Shown here one piece after another: positions 36,570 through 45,213 of a DNA stretch of 52,918 nucleotides. The notes beneath the pieces are model-generated. The model was given only the letters and a program-made list of their open reading frames with translations, had not been told where the DNA came from and did not search any database. Made by a program: the position numbers and the translations under genes. Origin of the DNA: Patescibacteria group bacterium (GTDB taxonomy: Bacteria; Patescibacteriota; Minisyncoccia; Phycocordibacterales; JACOZG01); the NCBI GenBank assembly GCA_038064935.1, contig JBBTRZ010000017.1:1-52918 (forward strand). Reading direction: 5' to 3'. Position 1 is the first letter of the stretch. Every line of letters begins with the position of its first letter.

Positions 36570-37214
36570 TTATTTATTATACATATCAATTTTCCACAGA
36601 TTGGCTTGGGCAGAAAAAAAGAGAATTAAGAGACCGACACCGGCGGTGACTACGAGATAAGGCAAAAGAATTGCCACCTTATCTATACCGACCCAGATTA
36701 AAATTAGGTGAAGAATAATAAAAATTAGTCGGCCTTCCGTCGGACCAATCCCGAGCCATCCCATATTGAAGGCGTTATTTGTACTGACTAGCAAAAAAGT
36801 GTGGACCATGAATCCGCTCGTAATGGCGTATAGCGCAAATAGCCACAAATCAAAGCCGATGAGCAAACCGTAACCGAGCACGATTGCTGTCATAAAAATA
36901 AAATCGAAAAAGTGATCGGCGTAATATCCCCATTTCACCAGTCCCGTGTTCCGATATCTACCCACCGCTCCATCCAACAAATCCGTAAGGTATTGCAGAA
37001 TTACGACAGCGGGGACGCCGAATAAGTAGTTGGGATTGGACACACCAAGATAGAAAAACATCACCATGAACCCACTCCAAACCAAAGTTAAATAAGTGAG
37101 GTGATAAGTTTCTAACCAGCCAGGGAGATGGGGTACAAGGTATGCTTTGAACCGATCTTCGTAATCCTTCAAAAGCCACCGGCCGGTTTTGTCTTTTAAA
37201 GCCATGTCTGACAT
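36570..37214 (-). CDS. CDP-alcohol phosphatidyltransferase family membrane protein
   Basis: 214 aa and polytopic, with the motif DLLDGAVGRYRNTGLVKWGYYADHFFD. Confidence 0.8.
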   Translation of the reverse strand: MSDMALKDKTGRWLLKDYEDRFKAYLVPHLPGWLETYHLTYLTLVWSGFMVMFFYLGVSNPNYLFGVPAVVILQYLTDLLDGAVGRYRNTGLVKWGYYADHFFDFIFMTAIVLGYGLLIGFDLWLFALYAITSGFMVHTFLLVSTNNAFNMGWLGIGPTEGRLIFIILHLILIWVGIDKVAILLPYLVVTAGVGLLILFFSAQANLWKIDMYNK

Positions 37215-37323
37215 ACATCTATAATTTAGCAGGTCAAACCCAAAAAGTCATGAGTTGTCGGCCTCCGCCTTTCGAATCTTGACTCGAACTCCAATACTCG
37301 CGATTACTTCATCCCGCTCCGAA

Positions 37324-37394
37324 CTGCGGGACTTGGACTCGAACCAAGATAGCCAGGTCCAAAACCTGGAGTCCTACCATTAGACGATCCCGCA
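37324..37394 (-). tRNA. tRNA-Gln (anticodon UUG), no encoded CCA
   Basis: Hand-folded cloverleaf: UGCGGGA UC GUCU AAUGGUA GGAC U CCAGG UUUUGGA CCUGG CUAU CUUGG UUCGAGU CCAAG UCCCGCA G. It has a U1-A72 pair and discriminator G73, as in bacterial tRNA-Gln. Confidence 0.9.
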
Positions 37395-37503
37395 AAATTA
37401 TCAGCTAAAACTGTGTACATTATAATTACCATTAGACCCGCCTCGCGTCGACAAGCTCCGCGAGTCGAGGCGGGCGAGCCGGCAAGATAAGAGTTACTTT
37501 ACC

Positions 37504-38550
37504 TTAGACCTGTTTCGCTAGCAAACCGACAATGCGCAGGATGGCGAGTTCGAGTGGAAGTTCAGGGAGATAGGAACGGCCGAGTTCATCGTAAGTGACG
37601 AGCAATTCGCGGAGAATGAGCGAGAGCGCCGTTGATTCCGGGCGCGCGGCGAGTCGCTCAACGAATTGCCGCTCAGCCTCCGCAAATGGGGTGATGATTT
37701 CCCGGCCGACGGCCGGCGCGAATTTGAGAAACATCGCCGCGCGGATAAGGTTGAGTGTGAGCTTGAGAAAAATTCTCGGATCCCGATGCGCGTCAGCCGC
37801 GCGCTTCACGACGCCGAGCGTCGCGTCCGTGTCTCGGCTCACTAAACCTTCGATGAATTGAAAAATCAATTCCCCGGGCGGCGCGCCGGAGACGGAAGCG
37901 ACGAGGTCGGCCGTGATCTTTTTATTCGCCGTCGCGCCAAAAGCTTTTTGCAGCACCCCGAGCGCGTCGCGATAAGACCCGTCGCCGAGGAGAGCGATGA
38001 GGTCGGTCGCCGCGAGGTCGAGCTTTCGCCCTTCCGCCTTTGCTGCATTAGTGATTACCGTCCGCAGTTCATCGAGCCCGGGTTTGCGGAAAGTGAACGA
38101 CTGACAACGCGAGACGATAGTCTCGGGTAATTTGTGGAATTCAGTCGTTGCGAGGATAAAAATCACATGCGCCGGCGGTTCCTCGAGTGTCTTCAAGAGC
38201 GCGTTGAAGGCCTCTTTCGTCAACATGTGGACTTCATCTACGATGTAGACTTTGTATTTAGAGGCGAAGGGCAGAGTTAGCACCGCCTCCCGCAATTCGC
38301 GAATCTCATCAATCCCGCGACTCGAGGCGGCGTCAATCTCATAGAGATCGTCAGGCGAAGTGTCGAGCTCCCTGGCAAAAATGCGGGCGACGGAGGTCTT
38401 GCCCGTACCCCGCGCGCCGGCGAAGAGATAAGCGTGACCAACCGTCCCCTGCTTGATCGAACCTTCGAGTACTTGAATGATCGGTTCTTGACCAACCACT
38501 TCGGCAAAACTGCCGGGGCGATATTTACGATAGAGGGCGAGCTCGGACAT
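37504..38550 (-). CDS. dnaX: DNA polymerase III subunit gamma/tau (short form)
   Basis: 348 aa starting [22 protein letters not shown], with [16 protein letters not shown] and IVSRCQSF. Confidence 0.93.
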   Translation of the reverse strand: MSELALYRKYRPGSFAEVVGQEPIIQVLEGSIKQGTVGHAYLFAGARGTGKTSVARIFARELDTSPDDLYEIDAASSRGIDEIRELREAVLTLPFASKYKVYIVDEVHMLTKEAFNALLKTLEEPPAHVIFILATTEFHKLPETIVSRCQSFTFRKPGLDELRTVITNAAKAEGRKLDLAATDLIALLGDGSYRDALGVLQKAFGATANKKITADLVASVSGAPPGELIFQFIEGLVSRDTDATLGVVKRAADAHRDPRIFLKLTLNLIRAAMFLKFAPAVGREIITPFAEAERQFVERLAARPESTALSLILRELLVTYDELGRSYLPELPLELAILRIVGLLAKQV

Positions 38551-39616
38551 GGGAGTCAGTATAACACTCGTTAATTATTTCTTCGACTGTCGCCGCGTCC
38601 GGGGCCAACATAAGTTTTTGACGAAATTTATCGGCTCCGTCGACGCCGGACAAATACGCCTTAAAATGTTTCTTCATAATCGCAAAACTTTTATATTGTC
38701 CGAGTAATTGGTCGAAGAGTTTGGTGTGTTCGAGTAAAATGCGCAAACGCGTTTTCATGTCAGGCAAATCAGAATGTAATTGCCTGCTCCCGGTCAACGA
38801 GGGGAAGTCGCGACCAATCACATTCTGATTTGCCTTAAATAACCACGGGTTGCCGAAAATCGCCCGGCCGAGCATAGCGCCGTCAGCGCCCGTCTCCGCC
38901 ACACGGCGGTAAGCATCAGCGACATCGGTCAGATCGCCATTACCAAAAATTAAAGTCGAGCTACCGAGCGCGTCGCGAATCTTAATCGCCTCTTTAACTC
39001 GTTCCCAGCGCGCGGGTACTTTCGACATTTCTTTCCTAATTCGAGCATGAAGCGTAATCACGGCTGGGGCTTCGGCGAGGAGCGCGGGCAACCAATTTTC
39101 CAATTCATCGTGATTGTAACCAAGTCGCGTTTTCACCGAGACTGGCATCCGCCGGCCCGCCTTGCCGTCGGGCAGGCCGGCGGAGGCGACGCCGCGTTTC
39201 GCGGCGCGAATTATCTCTCGAGCGAGCGTCGGATTCTTAATCAAGGCCGCCCCAGCGCCCTGCCGCTCGATCGTCCGATCAGGGCAACCCATATTGATAT
39301 CGAGTCCATCGAAGCCGAGCGATGTTATCAATGCCGCGGCTTCTTCCATTTTAGTCGGATTGGCGCCGAAGAGCTGAGCAACGATTGGCCGTTCGGCCTC
39401 GGTAAACTGGAGATCAATCAGCAGTTTCTCGCGGCCAACGGGATGACACAAGCCATCAGCCGAGACAAACTCGGTCCACATCACAAACGGCGTCGCAGCC
39501 GACTCACTTTTACTATACTTCGCGATAATCCGCCGAAAAGCCGCATCCGTCACATCGGCCATCGGCGCGAGCGCCATAATTGGCCGCGACAATTTATTCC
39601 AAAAATTTTCCATCAA
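38525..39616 (-). CDS. tRNA-dihydrouridine synthase
   Basis: 363 aa with LAPMADVTDAAFRRII, DINMGCP and a TIM-barrel Dus pattern. It overlaps dnaX by 26 nt and rseP by 4 nt. Confidence 0.9.
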   Translation of the reverse strand: MMENFWNKLSRPIMALAPMADVTDAAFRRIIAKYSKSESAATPFVMWTEFVSADGLCHPVGREKLLIDLQFTEAERPIVAQLFGANPTKMEEAAALITSLGFDGLDINMGCPDRTIERQGAGAALIKNPTLAREIIRAAKRGVASAGLPDGKAGRRMPVSVKTRLGYNHDELENWLPALLAEAPAVITLHARIRKEMSKVPARWERVKEAIKIRDALGSSTLIFGNGDLTDVADAYRRVAETGADGAMLGRAIFGNPWLFKANQNVIGRDFPSLTGSRQLHSDLPDMKTRLRILLEHTKLFDQLLGQYKSFAIMKKHFKAYLSGVDGADKFRQKLMLAPDAATVEEIINECYTDSHVRARPLS

Positions 39617-40734
39617 CTGAAAAATTTGAGGATGTCGCTCCAGGTGACGAGGAGCATGAGTCCCATGAGGACAACAAAGCCGCCTAAGTTGAAAGCGTTA
39701 GCCACTTTCGGTCTGATCGGCGAGCCCTTAACCTTTTCAATCAAGAGAAAGAGGAGCCGGCCGCCGTCGAGGGCGGGAATAGGCAGGAGATTCAAGACGG
39801 CTAAATTGATGGAGAGCAGCGCGGTGAAGAAGAGAAGGTAACCGAAACCAAGGGCTGTGGCGTCGCCCACTAGACCGACCAAACCAACCGGCCCGGTGAG
39901 TTGCGCCAATGTCCCCGACCGATCATGGAAAAGATTAAGGAGAAGGGAACCGAAACCGATGACCACCGAACTCGCGATGTGCCAAGTACTTTGTGCCCCG
40001 GCCAAAATGGCCCGCGGCAGTGGCAGTTTGAGATTACCGATGGTCACGAGGCCAACACCAATCGCCGGCGTCCCACTGGCGCCGATATTCGCCGGCCGGA
40101 CCGACCGCTCGGTAATAGTTGGTTTGATGTTCGGGCCATCGGCTCGAATATAGCCCACAATAATTTCGGAAGTGGCATGGGTCGCGATAAAAACCTGAAT
40201 CGCCTCAATGGTCGGGGCCGTTAAACGCTCGCCGTTCACTCGAAGCGAGATAATTCGATCGCCCACTGTGAGCCCGGCGGCGGAGGCCGGTGAATTCGCT
40301 TCCACCGCGGTGATGGTTACCTGGGGATCATTGAGCGCGTAACCGGTGGGGACAGTATCGGCTTGCGTCGGGAGGCCGGTCGTCGTGAAGGCGAGAATGA
40401 GGAGGAACCAAGCGAGGATTAAATTAGCCGTCACACCGGCCACCAGCACCGCGGCCTGAATCCACTTAGGTTGCACATTGATCGCTCGCGCCCGGTCGGA
40501 ACCGGTGAGCGATTCCTCATCGGGATTCTCACCGTGAATCTTGACGAAGCCGCCGAAGGGAATGAGATTGAGCGAATAGGTGGTCTCACCGCGCCGAATC
40601 CCAAAGAGACGCGGCGGGAAACCGAGGCCGAATTCATCCACCCGAATCCCCGATCGTTTCGCCACGAAAAAATGCCCAAACTCATGGGACAAGATGAGCA
40701 AACCGAGAATGATGAGGAAAATGATGATGGTCAT
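39613..40734 (-). CDS. rseP: RIP site-2 metalloprotease (peptidase M50, RseP-like) with a PDZ domain
   Basis: 373 aa with HEFGHFFVAK and NLLPIPALDGG, and a PDZ-like region between them. Confidence 0.9.
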   Translation of the reverse strand: MTIIIFLIILGLLILSHEFGHFFVAKRSGIRVDEFGLGFPPRLFGIRRGETTYSLNLIPFGGFVKIHGENPDEESLTGSDRARAINVQPKWIQAAVLVAGVTANLILAWFLLILAFTTTGLPTQADTVPTGYALNDPQVTITAVEANSPASAAGLTVGDRIISLRVNGERLTAPTIEAIQVFIATHATSEIIVGYIRADGPNIKPTITERSVRPANIGASGTPAIGVGLVTIGNLKLPLPRAILAGAQSTWHIASSVVIGFGSLLLNLFHDRSGTLAQLTGPVGLVGLVGDATALGFGYLLFFTALLSINLAVLNLLPIPALDGGRLLFLLIEKVKGSPIRPKVANAFNLGGFVVLMGLMLLVTWSDILKFFS

Positions 40735-40751
40735 TGACGGTTGGGGATAAA

Positions 40752-41303
40752 CTAATTAGAAATCACGGTTTCTTTTTTCGCCCTGATCTCTTCCAAAGTA
40801 GCGTTACTTTTATCAACAATTTTTTGCAGTTCATCTTTGGCCCGGAATTTATCATCCTCGGCCACGGTCCCCGCGCGTTCGGCTTCTTGCACCGTACTCC
40901 AAATCTTGTCTCGAGTCTGACGCACCGAAACTCGCGCCTCTTCAAATTTCGCATTAACCACTTTTATAAGGCGCTCTCGGCTCTCGGTCGTAAGCTCGGG
41001 GAAGGTTACGCGGATGCCCGTCTGATCACCCGATATCGAGAGACCAAGATTCTCGGCGGTGATGGCGCTTTCGACCTCCTTCATCTGCGCCTTATCCCAC
41101 GGTGTGATCCGGAGTGTCCGGGCATCCTCAATCGTTACCGCCGCCACTTGCTTGAGCGGCAATTTCGCCCCATAAGAATTCACCTCGACTCGATCAAGTA
41201 AGAATGGTGTCGCCCGCCCGGTCCGCACACTGTGATATTCAGTCTTCAACCATTCCTCAATCTCCTTCAGCTTCGCTTTCGTCAAATTAAAATCGTAGAT
41301 CAT
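40752..41303 (-). CDS. frr: Ribosome recycling factor
   Basis: 183 aa with the typical RRF pattern (RTGRATPFLLDRVEVNSYG...ITPWD...NLGLSISGDQTGIRVTFPELTTESR). Confidence 0.95.
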   Translation of the reverse strand: MIYDFNLTKAKLKEIEEWLKTEYHSVRTGRATPFLLDRVEVNSYGAKLPLKQVAAVTIEDARTLRITPWDKAQMKEVESAITAENLGLSISGDQTGIRVTFPELTTESRERLIKVVNAKFEEARVSVRQTRDKIWSTVQEAERAGTVAEDDKFRAKDELQKIVDKSNATLEEIRAKKETVISN

Positions 41304-41328
41304 AGTTATTTTTGGTGGTCGTAATTAT

Positions 41329-41676
41329 TTAGGGTCTAAGTAGTGGATCTGTCAATATACTAGGATTATCCATGATTCGAGCTCGTGATACCGTTTGTAA
41401 TTGATAAAGTGAAAAAATAACTATAAAAGCAACTACTATGAATAATAGAATCGTTTTAGTTAATTTTTCTTTGTCCCCTATTTCAGCAACTTTGATAAAC
41501 TTTTTACTAGCCCACCATATCCAACAAACTATGGCCGTTAATATAACAAACACACCTAATAATTCTGAAAAACTAAATACAACTGAGAAATTGAGGAATA
41601 ATAACAGGGCGATTAAAATTGAGAAAATAATGACTATTGGCCTTATTATCTTTAAAAATTTAGTTGAGGGATTCAT
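41329..41676 (-). CDS. Hypothetical small membrane protein (AT-rich islet)
   Basis: 115 aa with three hydrophobic helices. I recognise no family. Confidence 0.55.
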   Translation of the reverse strand: MNPSTKFLKIIRPIVIIFSILIALLLFLNFSVVFSFSELLGVFVILTAIVCWIWWASKKFIKVAEIGDKEKLTKTILLFIVVAFIVIFSLYQLQTVSRARIMDNPSILTDPLLRP

Positions 41677-41757
41677 ATTTTAAAATATTAATTAATAATC
41701 TTCTACTTATATTTATTTATACGGTGTCTATTCTACCATTCTACCACAAACAAACAT

Positions 41758-42042
41758 TCAACGATTCCACCGTTGTTGAAAATTTACATAAACTTTTGAG
41801 CGGTGGCCGGCCGCTACAATATTAATCAAGTGTTCTTTTTGTTTAATTTCGTACAAAACCCGATAATCCCCAACCTGTAACTTGAATACTCCAGCTAGAG
41901 TATAGCTCAAAGGAATGGGTGTAATGTTAGGAAAATTTTCCTCTACCCAAGCTAGTTTGGTTAACACCCTTTCATTAACGGCTCGATCAAGATGAAGTAA
42001 ATCATCTTCGGCTTCTGGTTCAAAATTAATTTGCCAAGACAT
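41758..42042 (-). CDS. RelE/ParE-family type II toxin (intact)
   Basis: 94 aa, ending ...FKLQVGDYRVLYEIKQKEHLINIVAAGHRSKVY. It overlaps the upstream antitoxin stop by 1 nt. Confidence 0.85.
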   Translation of the reverse strand: MSWQINFEPEAEDDLLHLDRAVNERVLTKLAWVEENFPNITPIPLSYTLAGVFKLQVGDYRVLYEIKQKEHLINIVAAGHRSKVYVNFQQRWNR

Positions 42043-42245
42043 TAGGCAAGCAACCTCTTCCTAACTTGAGCGAGGGAGCGAGTTTTGTGCACTCTTCGAG
42101 ATTTGATTTTCTCCAATCGTTCGATCACCCAATTTTGCAATTCCAAACCTTGATCGGGGTCAGTGAAGACATCATGCACCGATTCGGCCACTGATTGTTT
42201 AATAATTTGCCTAAGATCTTGATCTTTTATAGTTGCAATGGACAT
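42042..42245 (-). CDS. Putative antitoxin of the RelE/ParE module
   Basis: A 67-aa ORF immediately upstream of, and coupled to, the toxin. Assigned by position and size only. Confidence 0.6.
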   Translation of the reverse strand: MSIATIKDQDLRQIIKQSVAESVHDVFTDPDQGLELQNWVIERLEKIKSRRVHKTRSLAQVRKRLLA

Positions 42246-42275
42246 ATGAGTATACTATCAAGTTTCAGTAAATAT

Positions 42276-42959
42276 TCAAGGGACCCTCGGCAAGACCAAA
42301 GCCAGATGTTCGAAAAGGAGGCGGGGGAGAGAAGCCGGGTCAGTGAGATAATTTCTGGCCATCATAATTTCAGTGAGCGCTGTTTGGTTAAGCGGCTTAG
42401 TTTCGTGGCAAACAACTTCTAAAGCATTAAGGAAGGGGAGCCACGCTTCGCGGGCGGGCTCTTTTTTGAGTTCGGTGGCGATTAAATCTAAACGCTTGGC
42501 CGGTGTCGCCGCTAGAAATTCTTTCGCTTTTCTTTTCTCAACTTCTTTTCCTGACTCACCACCAATTTGATCTCGATGCTCGACGATCAGGAATCGCGAC
42601 TGGAGGGTGGGGAGAAAATTGGTCACTTGGTCACTGATCAGAAAAAAGTGAAGCCCAGACCGCGGCTCCTCGAAAAGTTTCAGGAGCGCATTCTGCGCCT
42701 CGGCGCTGTAGCGACGCGCCGTGAGCACCACGAACTCCCGCCCTCCCCGCCAATCGCGCCGCGCGCTCCGCGCGATGAGTCCCCGACTCTCGTCAATCCC
42801 GAAAGTTTCATAATTCTCCCAAGTTGGAATCACTTTGCTTTCCACTGCCGCCAAAGTGTCAGCCAAAACCGAACGGATTATCATCGCATCCCCTACCAGC
42901 AAATAGGCATGATGAAGGAATCCCGTCTCCCGATAAGTTTTAACAATTTGCTCAAGCAT
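42276..42959 (-). CDS. holB: DNA polymerase III delta-prime-like clamp-loader subunit (short)
   Basis: 227 aa with an N-terminal FLHHAYLLVGD and NALLKLFEEP, then a SRF box (LPTLQSRFLIV). Confidence 0.75.
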   Translation of the reverse strand: MLEQIVKTYRETGFLHHAYLLVGDAMIIRSVLADTLAAVESKVIPTWENYETFGIDESRGLIARSARRDWRGGREFVVLTARRYSAEAQNALLKLFEEPRSGLHFFLISDQVTNFLPTLQSRFLIVEHRDQIGGESGKEVEKRKAKEFLAATPAKRLDLIATELKKEPAREAWLPFLNALEVVCHETKPLNQTALTEIMMARNYLTDPASLPRLLFEHLALVLPRVP

Positions 42960-42972
42960 TGTGTCTCCTTAG

Positions 42973-44109
42973 CTACTTCTCATGGCTCACGGCAATCTCG
43001 AGAATTTCTTCGGCGATGAGACGGGCGGCGCGCGGTCGGGCGAAGCTTTTCGCGCCGGCTTGCATTTTGGCCAGAAGTTCTTGGTCGCCAAGCAAGCGCA
43101 GAATCTCCGATTGCAAAACCGACGGCGTGAGGTTCCCTTGCTCGATGACGATCGCTCCCCCCGACCGAGCGTAGGTGAAAGCATTGGTGCGCTGGTCGTG
43201 ACTCACGGACTCGGGAATGGGGATGAGAATTGCCGGCAAGCCCCATTGGGCAAATTCGAAAATGCTCGAACCGGCTCGCGAGATGACGAGCGACGAGGCA
43301 CCAGCGACCATCCGAATCGCCGAGCTGTTAAGGAAATCCAGGGGTTTGTATCGTTTGCTGAAGGTTGATTTTTCTAAGACAATCGAGGCCCGTTGACTCA
43401 CTTCCGGCAAATTCTGTTTCCCCACCTGATGGACGATTTGGCATTTCTCAAGTAGGCCCGGCAGAATGTCGAGCAAGGTTTCGTTGATAATCGCCGCCCC
43501 CTGCGAACCGCCCGTGACATAGATAATCGGCATCTCGGCCTCGAGGCCAAGGAATTCTCGCGCCCCATGCTCGAGGGGAAAGAGTAAATCCCGGCGAATC
43601 GGATTGCCGGTCACGGCAATAATTCCCTGCTTATCTTTAGGAAAAAAGGTGGCCGCTTCGGCAAACCCGAGCGCAATCCGCACCGCCTGGCGGGCCGCAA
43701 AATAATTAACTCGGCCGGGCCGAGAATCAGATTCGTGGACAAAAATAGGAATCCGCAACAATCGAGCGGCCGCGACGACGGGGAAACTGGCATAGCCGCC
43801 TTTACAAAATACTAAATCCGGATAAATGCGATAGAGTTTGAAAATTGCCTCAATCACCCCTAGACACGCTTGGAAAAAGTCGGGGATAATCCGGAGTGAA
43901 AAGTAACGGCGCAAACGACCGGCTCGAACGCGCCGAAATTCGATATGATTCTCAAACAGCGCCCGTTCATCGTAGGGATGATCGGAAAGAAAATAATATT
44001 TAAGATTGACGAGTTTGCGCTCGCGCGCGACCGCTGTCAATTGCTCGACCACCGCGATAATCGGATAGAAGTGCCCGGCTGTGCCGCCGCCAGTAAAAAC
44101 AATTTTCAT
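42973..44109 (-). CDS. murG: UDP-N-acetylglucosamine--N-acetylmuramyl-(pentapeptide) pyrophosphoryl-undecaprenol GlcNAc transferase
   Basis: The start is taken at MKIVFTGGGTAGHFYPIIAV (ATG 44109), 2 nt after the ftsW stop. It has GGSQGA. The 78-codon extension of ORF 42973..44343 overlaps ftsW and is rejected. Confidence 0.93.
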   Translation of the reverse strand: MKIVFTGGGTAGHFYPIIAVVEQLTAVARERKLVNLKYYFLSDHPYDERALFENHIEFRRVRAGRLRRYFSLRIIPDFFQACLGVIEAIFKLYRIYPDLVFCKGGYASFPVVAAARLLRIPIFVHESDSRPGRVNYFAARQAVRIALGFAEAATFFPKDKQGIIAVTGNPIRRDLLFPLEHGAREFLGLEAEMPIIYVTGGSQGAAIINETLLDILPGLLEKCQIVHQVGKQNLPEVSQRASIVLEKSTFSKRYKPLDFLNSSAIRMVAGASSLVISRAGSSIFEFAQWGLPAILIPIPESVSHDQRTNAFTYARSGGAIVIEQGNLTPSVLQSEILRLLGDQELLAKMQAGAKSFARPRAARLIAEEILEIAVSHEK

Positions 44110-44111
44110 AA

Positions 44112-45212
44112 TTAAGGCCCTGACTGACGAGCCACATTCAATATAATACCACAGCCGAGCATCGAGAAGAGGAGGGCGCTGCCGCCGTGACTCACGAAGA
44201 GAAGGGGTATGCCGGTCAGCGGTAAAAGCCCGAGCATCGAGCCGATATTGACAAAGGCCCCGGTTGTCATGAGGGTCACGAAGCCGACAGCCAAAAACCG
44301 CCCGAAACGATCGCGCGCGCGCGCGGCAATTCTCAATCCCCACATGATAAACAAGGTAAAGATTGAGACTAAAGTCACACTGCCGAGGAAACCGAATTCT
44401 TCCGCCGCGACCGCGAAAATCGAATCACCGATCGGTTGGGGTAAATAATTAAACTTCTGGAGACTCTGACCGAAGCCACGGCCGGTGAGACCGCCCGAGC
44501 CAATCGCAATAAGAGACTGTTTGATTTGCCACGACGAAGAGTCGGTTTTTTCATTGGGATAGAAAAAAGTAAAAACGCGCTCCCGGGCGTAGGATTTAGA
44601 CCAAATGACCACCGAGAAACCGATGACCGCGATGAGAAGGAGCGCGCCGAGTTGGCGCCAGCGCGCGCCCGCGGCAAAAAACATCGCCGCGGCGGCGGCG
44701 AAAAGTGTGAAGAAAGTGCCAAGATCTGGTTGGGCGATAAGAATCGCCCCCACAAGACCAACAAAAAGAAGAAAAGGTGTGAAGCCGAAGCGCCAAGTGG
44801 TCACGCGTTCGCGAATTTTCGCGAGCCAGGCGGCGAGATAAATAATGAAACCAAACTTCAGAAATTCCGCTGGTTGGAAAGTTCGCTCGCCCAGAGAAAG
44901 CCAACGACTGGCGCCACCCGAAGAGAAGCCGAGTTGGGGCACGAAGACGAGTACGGTGAGAAGAAGGGAGAGGATGAATAACCAGAGAGCGATCTTTCGC
45001 CAATGCTGATAGGGAAATCGTCCCAAGAGGAGGAGGGCAACTAGACCGACAAGGAGAGTGAGCAATTGATTCCCAATAATGCGCTGATAGTTGGCGCCAT
45101 CACCGCTTAAGAGGCCGAGGGAAGCCGAGGTGAAAATCAAAAAACCAAGAAGCACCACCGCAATGATAAAGAAGAGGAAGCGTCGATTTTGTAAGCGGGC
45201 CGCGAACGACAT
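44112..45212 (-). CDS. ftsW: FtsW/RodA/SpoVE-family peptidoglycan glycosyltransferase
   Basis: 366 aa with about 10 TM helices and the motifs QPAEFLKF, DLGT and PLTGIPLLFVSHGGSAL. Confidence 0.9.
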   Translation of the reverse strand: MSFAARLQNRRFLFFIIAVVLLGFLIFTSASLGLLSGDGANYQRIIGNQLLTLLVGLVALLLLGRFPYQHWRKIALWLFILSLLLTVLVFVPQLGFSSGGASRWLSLGERTFQPAEFLKFGFIIYLAAWLAKIRERVTTWRFGFTPFLLFVGLVGAILIAQPDLGTFFTLFAAAAAMFFAAGARWRQLGALLLIAVIGFSVVIWSKSYARERVFTFFYPNEKTDSSSWQIKQSLIAIGSGGLTGRGFGQSLQKFNYLPQPIGDSIFAVAAEEFGFLGSVTLVSIFTLFIMWGLRIAARARDRFGRFLAVGFVTLMTTGAFVNIGSMLGLLPLTGIPLLFVSHGGSALLFSMLGCGIILNVARQSGP

Positions 45213-45213
45213 G

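Noticed and set aside
37268-37320. A second tRNA gene downstream of tRNA-Gln
   Set aside because: It contains GCGGGAT and GTTCGAGTC-like pieces, but I could not fold a cloverleaf. There is no complementary acceptor 3' strand and no T-stem pairing.
39047-39841. A 264-aa plus-strand ORF spanning the dus/rseP junction
   Set aside because: It is antisense to two well-supported genes (Dus and RseP motifs). It is Arg/Gly/Pro-rich with low complexity, which is typical of shadow ORFs in GC-rich coding DNA.
40734-41201. A 155-aa plus-strand ORF
   Set aside because: It is antisense to frr, which is unambiguous, and shows no family resemblance.
44110-44343. A 78-codon N-terminal extension of murG (ORF 42973..44343)
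   Set aside because: The extension overlaps the 3' end of ftsW and is Arg-rich. The canonical MurG N-terminus MKIVFTGGGTAGH starts at 44109, right after the ftsW stop.
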